Assembly (NCBI GenBank): GCA_965197905.1
Contig: CBDAOB010000003.1
Span: 768,001-832,000, forward strand
DNA from: Candidatus Latescibacterota bacterium
GTDB taxonomy: Bacteria; Latescibacterota; UBA2968; UBA8231
Reading direction: 5' to 3'
DNA: 64,000 nt
Of the stretch, positions 1-7,350 are shown piece by piece (the first letter of the stretch is position 1; each line of letters opens with the position of its first letter). Below the pieces are notes generated by a model. It searched no databases. It saw nothing but the letters and a program-made list of their open reading frames with translations, and was not told where the DNA came from. The position numbers and the translations under genes were made by a program.

Positions 1-3000
1 ACCGTCGAATCGCCCGGTTTCAACGGTGCCCTTGCCGAGGAGGTGGGTGGCCTCCTGGAAGAGGCCGGCCTGCCGCGCAGCGGCATGTTGCGGCTGCGCG
101 ACGGGCGCACCGGACAGCTCTTCGAGCGCGAGACGACCGTCGGGTATATCTACTACATGAAGCTGCACCACATGGCCGAGGATCTGATCAAAACGAGGCC
201 CGCCGGCCCAATGACCACGGAGGAAAACCCCGAGAAACCGCAGGGATATCGGCTGGGCATCATGGAAACCTGGGCTCTGCAAGCTCACGGCGCCGCACAC
301 ATGTTGCGCGAGATGTCGACGGTACAAGGCGGGCAGGAGCAGGAGGTGACCTACGACGCCCTCGTGCACGGGGTTGATTTTCCGCCGCCCCAGCCGACCC
401 AATCTATTGCCAGGCTTGCCAGGCAGCTGCGCGGGCTCTGCCTCGATCTCCAGCTGCACGACGCCGGCGGTCATCAAATCAGTCTGAAGGAAGCGGGAGA
501 AGCGCCGGATCTGGATGCGATCGAGATGGCATCCGTAGAATTCGCAACATCGCAGACCGTCGATAGTTGGGGAATCGTAACCGAACTTCCGGACGCGACG
601 GCAGTGGAAGCGTTTTTGCAGGGCGATGCCCGAGACGGTGTAGGTCTGATCCCGTTGGCCTGTCCGGTACTGCACCCCTGGCGAACCATGTTGCCCGCGG
701 ATACGACGCCATCGGAGATTGCCAAGCTTCCAGTGCTGGCGCGATCCCTGAGGAATGGGCGCGCCCACGATTCGCTCTATCTGGCGCTGGCAGCCGTGAA
801 CGACATCGTGCGGTCGGATGATACCTCCGACCACGAAATCCGCACGGCACTCCAGGAGGCGGTGGACGAGCTTTTCGGCGACGGCGGCGGCGGCGATGGC
901 TTGAATCGATTGCTCTACGGGAAGCGTGGTTGGTTTGCCGCCGCAATGACCGGAACTAGGGTGGACTACTCGGGCAAGGCGGTCATCGCGCCAGGACCGA
1001 ACCTGCTCCAGGATGAATGCGGACTGCCGCGAAGAATGGCACGTTCTTTGTTCGCGCCATTCGTGGTCGGAGCCTTGTTGCGAGCCGGGAAAGCGAAGTC
1101 GGAAGAGGAGGCGCGCCGCATGATACGAGACGGGCGCGCCGAACGAGAGCTGGACGAGATTGCCTCGACGAAGCTGGTACTGCTACACCGGGCGCCGGTC
1201 CTGCACCGCTGGGGCATTCAAGCGTTCAAGCCGGTGTTGACCGAGGAGGAGGTTCTGCGGCTGCACCCGCTGACCAACGTGACCTTCAACGCCGACTTCG
1301 ACGGCGATGCGCTGGAGGTGTTCCTCCCTCTATCCGCTATCGCACAGCGCGAAGCGCAGGAGATGAGACCCACCAACAACCAGTTGGGCTCGGCCGACGG
1401 CACCTACATCCACGGCTTGAGCCAGGAGATGGTATTCGGTTGTTATTACGCGACCGCCGCGACCGCCACGGAGAAGCCGGTAATTGACCTCGCCAGCACG
1501 GACGCGGTGGCGGCCACCTTCGACCGCGGAGACGTGCGCATTCATGACCCGGTGAGAGTAATGGATGGGAGCTCACGCATTTCATCCGTGGGTCGCGTTT
1601 TGTTCGGTCAGCTGCTGCCGGATGGGTTGGAATGGACGGACGGGCAAGTCGACAAACGGGCACTGAAGGACCTGCTCGATCGGTGTTGGCACCAGTTGGG
1701 CCCCCCGTCTGCTGCCGAGCTGGCGAACGCAATGATGGTTTTCGGCTTTCGCATGGCAACCCGGTCAGGCGTATCGATCGGCAAAGACACCTATTCTCAG
1801 TTCAGCGGCTACGACGAGATGCTCGCCGCCGCGTGGCAGCGTGCGGACGAGCTCGCGGCCACCGACAACGACGAGCAAAGGATCGTCGATCACTGGATGG
1901 AAGTGCGTGATCGAATGACCGTGCAGGCGTTGGAAGAGCATGCCGCCATAGAGGACGGTCTCAATCCGACCCACATGATGGTTGTATCCGGAGCGCGGGG
2001 CAATTCGAATCAGCTGCTCCAGCAGATCGCCATGCGTGGTCTTTTTGTGCGCCAGGACGGTTCCCTTTATTCGATCCCATGTACGACCACCAACGTGCGG
2101 GGACAAAACCCGCTCGAGTTCCTTGCGGGGGTTGAAGGAGCACGCCGAGGTCTGGCGGATTGCACCTTGAAGGCTGCGCGCTCAGGATATCTCTTCAAGA
2201 GGATCGTCAGCTCGGTACAAGACGTGTTGATCACCGAGGAGAACTGCGGCACCGATGCCAGCCTGGAAAAACGGCCGCTCCGTGTGCGCCAGCGGGAAGT
2301 GCAAACGCTTGAGAACCGAATCGCCGGGCGGTTTGCCGCCGCCGATATCCTGTTTCCGGGAAGTAAAGCTCCGATCGTGGCGGCCGGGAACCTGATTGGC
2401 AGAGTTGAAGCTGCCGAGATTGGAGAAAGTGCCGTCGAGTCGGTTCTCGTTCGCTCGCCCATAACATGCGAATCCTCACGGGGCGTCTGCAGCAAATGTT
2501 ATGGGGTCGAGCTGAGCCGCTGGTCGCCGGCGACGGCCCACCTGCCGGTCGGTATCATCGCTGCCCAATCACTGGGCGAGCCGCTGACGCAGCTCACCAT
2601 GCGGTCGTTCACCTTGTCGATGCAGGGACAGCCTCCATCTGCAAACATCATCGCCAGCCTACCTGGACTGGAGGATTTGTTCGAGGCGGGCAAAAGACCC
2701 GGGAAGGAAGCATCGGAACTGCGAACCGCTCTGGTCGAGATGCTGGAGAAGGAAGGTTCGGGGTGCGCAGGAGCCTACCTTCTGGACGCGGTGCTCCTGC
2801 ACTATCGCAACATGGGAGTTCCCCTCGACGACAGACACCTGGAGATCGTCATCCGTCGGATGGTCCGTAGCGACGGGATCGACAGTGGACCGACTATCAG
2901 GGGCGTGACTGAAGTTGCGCGTCAGGGCAACGACTTCATGACGGCGGCGGTTTCCTTCGATGGAGTAGCCGCGCTGGCGCGGGCGGCCGCCAGCAGCCAA

Positions 3001-3066
3001 CGGATGCACCTGGATGGTGTGAGCAGCAGCACCGCTTTCGGCAAGCTTATGCCTGCAAGGGTCTAG
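1..3066 (+). CDS. rpoBC: Divergent fused DNA-directed RNA polymerase beta-beta' paralog (5'-partial; streamlined beta')
   Basis: Frame is open from base 1 (TVESPGFNGA..., matching RpoB 'ATPVFDGA'). RpoB C-terminal motifs DGRTG, GYIYYMKLHH and GIMETWALQAHGAA run without a stop into RpoC motifs RVDYSG, HRAPVLHRWGIQAF, NADFDGD (1288-1308), SGARG, GARRGLAD..SGYL, EENCG, RSPITC..GVCSKCYG, GIIAAQSLGEP.TQLTMR, DDRHLEIVIRRM and GKLMPA. Confidence 0.93.
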   Translation, partial: TVESPGFNGALAEEVGGLLEEAGLPRSGMLRLRDGRTGQLFERETTVGYIYYMKLHHMAEDLIKTRPAGPMTTEENPEKPQGYRLGIMETWALQAHGAAHMLREMSTVQGGQEQEVTYDALVHGVDFPPPQPTQSIARLARQLRGLCLDLQLHDAGGHQISLKEAGEAPDLDAIEMASVEFATSQTVDSWGIVTELPDATAVEAFLQGDARDGVGLIPLACPVLHPWRTMLPADTTPSEIAKLPVLARSLRNGRAHDSLYLALAAVNDIVRSDDTSDHEIRTALQEAVDELFGDGGGGDGLNRLLYGKRGWFAAAMTGTRVDYSGKAVIAPGPNLLQDECGLPRRMARSLFAPFVVGALLRAGKAKSEEEARRMIRDGRAERELDEIASTKLVLLHRAPVLHRWGIQAFKPVLTEEEVLRLHPLTNVTFNADFDGDALEVFLPLSAIAQREAQEMRPTNNQLGSADGTYIHGLSQEMVFGCYYATAATATEKPVIDLASTDAVAATFDRGDVRIHDPVRVMDGSSRISSVGRVLFGQLLPDGLEWTDGQVDKRALKDLLDRCWHQLGPPSAAELANAMMVFGFRMATRSGVSIGKDTYSQFSGYDEMLAAAWQRADELAATDNDEQRIVDHWMEVRDRMTVQALEEHAAIEDGLNPTHMMVVSGARGNSNQLLQQIAMRGLFVRQDGSLYSIPCTTTNVRGQNPLEFLAGVEGARRGLADCTLKAARSGYLFKRIVSSVQDVLITEENCGTDASLEKRPLRVRQREVQTLENRIAGRFAAADILFPGSKAPIVAAGNLIGRVEAAEIGESAVESVLVRSPITCESSRGVCSKCYGVELSRWSPATAHLPVGIIAAQSLGEPLTQLTMRSFTLSMQGQPPSANIIASLPGLEDLFEAGKRPGKEASELRTALVEMLEKEGSGCAGAYLLDAVLLHYRNMGVPLDDRHLEIVIRRMVRSDGIDSGPTIRGVTEVARQGNDFMTAAVSFDGVAALARAAASSQRMHLDGVSSSTAFGKLMPARV

Positions 3067-3111
3067 GTCGAACGAGTTCGCGCAGACGGCACGCCCAATC
3101 CCAAACCATGC

Positions 3112-4086
3112 TCAAAAAGGAGACTTGACCCCCAGCTCCATGGCGATGCGCTCCAACGCCACCTGATGTTCGGGACCCACGGGAATCCCATGCCGGCGGT
3201 TCTCCTGCTCCCACCGCCATTCGGACCCCCCGGCCACTTCTGCCCCGTCTGACCCGGGCAAAGGCTCCAGAGTTCGGACCTCCGCGACGTACCGGTCCAC
3301 CGCCTCGCACAACTCGTCCAGCGGCATGAAGTGGCTGATATCGACGACCAGAATGAAGGATCCCTGGTTCGATTCCCATGGAGAATCTGGCGCTCGGAGG
3401 TCAGGCTGGTAGATCCCCGGGAATACCCCGCCCAACAGTTGAACGATGTTGCTCAGTCCCATGGCTTTAAAGAACGGAAACGGGTTTTCGACACATGAGG
3501 ATTCGTCGAAAGAGAGGAAGCTACTCCCCATGTCTAGAACTACCGGAGGTTGATTCTTCGTGGGGAACGCAACGCTTACGGGTGAATTGGTCACCGTGCT
3601 AAATATCGATTCTCCCGCTTCCCGGGAGGTCCGATGGGAGGACACCGCCATGCCGATGCAACCTGCCGACAGAGCCAAGCGAGTATAGTTACCGGCTGCC
3701 CCGAAATGATAGTGGTTTCGCGTTGTCAGCGCGGCAACGCCACTCGCCCGTGCTTTCGTTATCGCCCGCTGCGTACCCCGATAGCAAGGGAAATACCCCA
3801 ATCCTCCATCCCCGTCGATGACCAGGGCACCTGTTGACTCGCTGACGTCTCGAAGCTCGGGACGCGGATTCACGGCCCCTGTGGCTATCTTGCGAACATA
3901 ATCGGGAATCTGCAGCGTTCCGTGGCTGAACACACAGCGAAGATCGTTCGCTACGAGCAACTCACTCATCAGCAGCGCATCCTCGTGTGTGGTGCCGGCG
4001 CGCTCGAAAAGTTGAGCGGTAAAGCCATCCATGACCTCGCGCGGTATTCGAACGCCGGTTTCAGGAGGCCGATTCTGTTTCGCCAC
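3112..4086 (-). CDS. Ldh_2 family NAD(P)-dependent oxidoreductase (malate/L-lactate/sulfolactate dehydrogenase-like)
   Basis: Motifs ANDLRCVFSHG, IDGDGGLG, RNHYHFGAAG, NSPVSVAFP..VVLDM are typical of the Ldh_2 family. Confidence 0.85.
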   Translation of the reverse strand: MAKQNRPPETGVRIPREVMDGFTAQLFERAGTTHEDALLMSELLVANDLRCVFSHGTLQIPDYVRKIATGAVNPRPELRDVSESTGALVIDGDGGLGYFPCYRGTQRAITKARASGVAALTTRNHYHFGAAGNYTRLALSAGCIGMAVSSHRTSREAGESIFSTVTNSPVSVAFPTKNQPPVVLDMGSSFLSFDESSCVENPFPFFKAMGLSNIVQLLGGVFPGIYQPDLRAPDSPWESNQGSFILVVDISHFMPLDELCEAVDRYVAEVRTLEPLPGSDGAEVAGGSEWRWEQENRRHGIPVGPEHQVALERIAMELGVKSPF

Positions 4087-4105
4087 GTTGCCCGATCTGA
4101 CGGTG

Positions 4106-4453
4106 CTATTTCAGGTAGGTATCTTTGACGACGATTTTCCCGTCCCTGAAGGTAAAGACGTCGCAGCCCCGCTGCTCAACAACAGTTCCATCCTCTGTGT
4201 CGGTTCCTGCAAATACCCACTCCGACACCCCGCGATCGGCGCTGACGAAATGCCGCGGGGATTCGAAGCGGACATCAGGGAACGATTCCAGCACGGAACA
4301 GAAGGTTTCGCGCACCTGTGCAGCGCCCTCCACCTTCGTGCCATCAGATGAAACGAACACGCTATCTTCGGCCATGTGCGCCATAATGGCATCCACATCG
4401 TGCCTGTTCCAGGCGTCGGCGAACGCCTCCAGGAATGAGATCGTCGGCATCAA
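4106..4453 (-). CDS. SnoaL-like / NTF2 family protein
   Basis: FADAWNRHDVDAIMAHM...GCDVFTFRDGKIVVKDTY; GGAGG RBS upstream. Confidence 0.85.
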   Translation of the reverse strand: MMPTISFLEAFADAWNRHDVDAIMAHMAEDSVFVSSDGTKVEGAAQVRETFCSVLESFPDVRFESPRHFVSADRGVSEWVFAGTDTEDGTVVEQRGCDVFTFRDGKIVVKDTYLK

Positions 4454-4612
4454 TTACCTCCCCTTTCTTGACCGTTCTTCTTCTCCAATCAAGGCTCAGA
4501 GCCGAATAATACCAAGTCGTCATTGATATCTGAGTGCGTCGGTGTAATTTATCAAGTTGGCCCCTTAGCGTCAGACCAGGAAGAACCCCCAAACCTACCC
4601 TTTGGAGAGAGG

Positions 4613-5008
4613 ATGCCCAAACCACCTACATCCGATGTCCAGCAAGTCATTCAAGGGGCGCCTGTCGTTCAGGTCGAGAGCCCGCAAAAGACCGCGGAAT
4701 ACTATCGCGACGTGCTCGGATTCAAGTTCGATTACGGTACCGATGACTACGCCGTCGTCTGGCGCGACAACGCCGCCATTCACTTTTTCAAGGGCGAAAA
4801 ACCTGCTTCAGGGATAAAGATCTTTCTCTGGGTCAAGAATGCGGATGAGGTGCGCTCTGAACTCGGGAAAACGGGCGCAAAAATATCGGTCGAAGTCGAC
4901 GATCGCGACTACGGCATTCGTGATTTCGGTGTCACCGATTGCAACGGCCTCGAGCTGGTGATAGGCCATGACCTACATTGGAGCCCAGATGAATGCGCGG
5001 AATCCTAA
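4613..5008 (+). CDS. VOC (glyoxalase/bleomycin resistance) family protein
   Basis: YYRDVLGF and DRDYGIRDFGVTDCNG motifs; ATG 4613 follows GGAGAGG. Confidence 0.8.
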   Translation: MPKPPTSDVQQVIQGAPVVQVESPQKTAEYYRDVLGFKFDYGTDDYAVVWRDNAAIHFFKGEKPASGIKIFLWVKNADEVRSELGKTGAKISVEVDDRDYGIRDFGVTDCNGLELVIGHDLHWSPDECAES

Positions 5009-7250
5009 ATCCACTCTGGTGACATTAGCACTGGCCGCGTGCTGGATAGGGTCGCCAGTTCCTGCTCAGGAGATCGACGATCTCCTCGAGTTCTCCTTGG
5101 CAGAGCTGGTGGAGATGGATGTCACACTGGCCTCCGGCATCGAGGAGAGCATCTTCGACGCACCGGCGGCGATGGTGGTGATAACCGACGAGGAAATACG
5201 GCAGAGAGGATACACGAATCTCGCCGAAATCATTACCGACCTTCCCGGCTTCGACGTGGTGCTCGCCAACGGCATTCCCTACCTCTACGCCTATCAGCGG
5301 GGTTACAGACACCCCTCGACGCAACGCACTCTACTGATGATCGACGGACACGTCGACAACCACCTGTGGACACACCAGGCCGTCTTCAGTCGGCGATTTC
5401 CGGTTTCCAGCATCGAACGCGTGGAGGTGCTCTACGGACCGGCATCCGCCATTTACGGTCCCAACGCGTTTCTCGGCATCGTCAATATCGTAACCCAGGA
5501 TGGCAGCGAACTGAGGGACGCTGGTTATACCAGCAACATTCGAATTCATGGAGGCAGCTTCGACTCAAAGGGTGTGGACGTTTCAGTCAGAGGCAAGGTA
5601 GGTGCTGTCGAAAGTGGCGGCGTCTCCTTCGGCTTGGCGGGGCGTGTTTTCCGCAGCGAAGAGCCGGATTTCTCGAACGACTTCGGCTTCATCAGCAACG
5701 AACTGTATTCCGATGCCAATACGTGGGGTCCGATTCTCGATCTGGAACACCGCAATCGCAGTTTCGGGACCTACTACGATCCCACCGACGACAGTTCGAT
5801 TCTCGGTAACGTGAGCTACAAAGGCGCGAAGCTCGGCTTCGTGCACTGGGTCAGGAAGGAAGGCTACGGTCCCCACTATGTTGCCGACCGCGTACAGAAC
5901 AACATTTTCTGGAATTCCTCGGGAACACAGATTTACGGTGAGACTGAAAAACGCGTCCACGACAGACTGGTCAGCAGCTCCCTGTTGTCCTATCGGACGA
6001 GCCGAACGTGGGGAGGCTGGCCGGAAGCGTTGCCCGACTGGCGCGAGGGGATGCAAGACTTCTCGTTCGTCAGTCTCACCCAATGGAACTCGATCAGCGA
6101 CAGCTGGCTTTTCAAACAACAGTTCGAGGCCGCTGCGACCGACGATCTGGTACTGACCGGTGGACTCAAATTCGAACGCAAAGAACTCACGAAAGCGTAC
6201 GACATCCCCGGCTACTGGGGCGCATTCAGCTCCACCGTGCCTTCGAACGACCCCGGTCTCCACGGACAGGGTGCCGGTATCGGACACAGCACGGATTCTA
6301 CCTACGCGGCACCACCCCCACCCAACCCCAACATGCCACCGCAAAACCTGGCATTGACCGAAGACATTGGAGGATTCGTCCAGGGGATCTGGAACTGGGC
6401 GCCGTTTCGATTCAACGCCGGACTTCGCTATGACGACAATTCGCTCTATGGCAACTCGATCAACCCGAGGGTTTCAGCCGTTTACCACTTCTCATCCCGC
6501 AGCGCGTTCAAGTTGCTCTATGGAGAAGCGTTCCAGGAGCCGGCGCCGATCCAGGTTTGGGGCGGATGGAACGGCCGCCTGGCCAACCCCGACCTGGAGC
6601 CTGAGAAAGCACGCAACATCGAGGCGATCGCCATGTATCAGACCGACCGGATCTTTCATGACGCCTCCCTGTTCTTCTCACACTATGAAGACGTGATCAA
6701 GGAAGAGGCCGAGAATGCCGGAACGCGGGATATTTGGGGCCTCGAGTACCGTGGTCGTTTCACCCTGCCAAACCTGCTCGTCGGCGCTCCCGACATCAAC
6801 GGATTCCTCTACTATTCGTTCACCAGTGTGAAGAGCAGTACCCATTTCGATCATGAAGCGGGTCGGTGGGAGGACGGCGACACCGACCTGGGAGACATTG
6901 CTCCGCACAAAGTCAATCTCGGCCTCAACCTACCCGCCGCGAGACACTGGAACTTCAACCTGAGAGCCAACTTCGTGGGCGAACGCAAGCTTTACTCGCA
7001 GAATCCCCTGCGGGCACGCGGAAGAGCCGTGGACAGCTACGTAGTGGTCAACGGCGCAGCGTCCTACAGCGTCGGCGTTTTCGATCTCACATTGAAGGTG
7101 ACCAACCTTCTCGATCGCTCTTATTTCCACCCCGGCGTGGAGCAGGCGGATAGCGGAGATGACTTTAGTCAGAGGAGCCTGGGGTTTCGGAACTCGCTCA
7201 TCCCCCAGCCGGGTCGCTCCTTCATCTTGAAGCTGGGCATCGCCTACTAG
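4989..7250 (+). CDS. TonB-dependent receptor
   Basis: Signal peptide, 'LLEFSLAELVEMDV' leader, plug motif IERVEVLYGPASAIYGPNA, NPDLEPEK, C-terminal GRSFILKLGIAY. Confidence 0.9.
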   Translation: MNARNPKSTLVTLALAACWIGSPVPAQEIDDLLEFSLAELVEMDVTLASGIEESIFDAPAAMVVITDEEIRQRGYTNLAEIITDLPGFDVVLANGIPYLYAYQRGYRHPSTQRTLLMIDGHVDNHLWTHQAVFSRRFPVSSIERVEVLYGPASAIYGPNAFLGIVNIVTQDGSELRDAGYTSNIRIHGGSFDSKGVDVSVRGKVGAVESGGVSFGLAGRVFRSEEPDFSNDFGFISNELYSDANTWGPILDLEHRNRSFGTYYDPTDDSSILGNVSYKGAKLGFVHWVRKEGYGPHYVADRVQNNIFWNSSGTQIYGETEKRVHDRLVSSSLLSYRTSRTWGGWPEALPDWREGMQDFSFVSLTQWNSISDSWLFKQQFEAAATDDLVLTGGLKFERKELTKAYDIPGYWGAFSSTVPSNDPGLHGQGAGIGHSTDSTYAAPPPPNPNMPPQNLALTEDIGGFVQGIWNWAPFRFNAGLRYDDNSLYGNSINPRVSAVYHFSSRSAFKLLYGEAFQEPAPIQVWGGWNGRLANPDLEPEKARNIEAIAMYQTDRIFHDASLFFSHYEDVIKEEAENAGTRDIWGLEYRGRFTLPNLLVGAPDINGFLYYSFTSVKSSTHFDHEAGRWEDGDTDLGDIAPHKVNLGLNLPAARHWNFNLRANFVGERKLYSQNPLRARGRAVDSYVVVNGAASYSVGVFDLTLKVTNLLDRSYFHPGVEQADSGDDFSQRSLGFRNSLIPQPGRSFILKLGIAY

Positions 7251-7350
7251 ATAGCGTTGGCGCAGCACCTGTCGGCATGGTCCCAGCTTCTCGACAGCTT
7301 GGTCGAGACTCGAGTAGCTTGCCGGAGCTGACGAAACCTTCGACGGAAAG

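Noticed and set aside
43..45. GTG 43 as the start codon
   Set aside because: The frame is open and RpoB-like from base 1, so the gene starts outside the window.
1..3066. Ordinary housekeeping rpoB/rpoC
   Set aside because: Essential clamp modules are missing, invariant motifs are substituted, and no ribosomal-protein genes follow.
1..3066. Prophage or jumbo-phage RNAP
   Set aside because: The sequence is collinear with cellular RpoB/RpoC and no phage genes lie downstream. The upstream side is not visible, so this is not fully excluded.
7251..7350. Cobalamin riboswitch ahead of the second TonB receptor
   Set aside because: The gap is only ~100 bp and no B12-box was seen.
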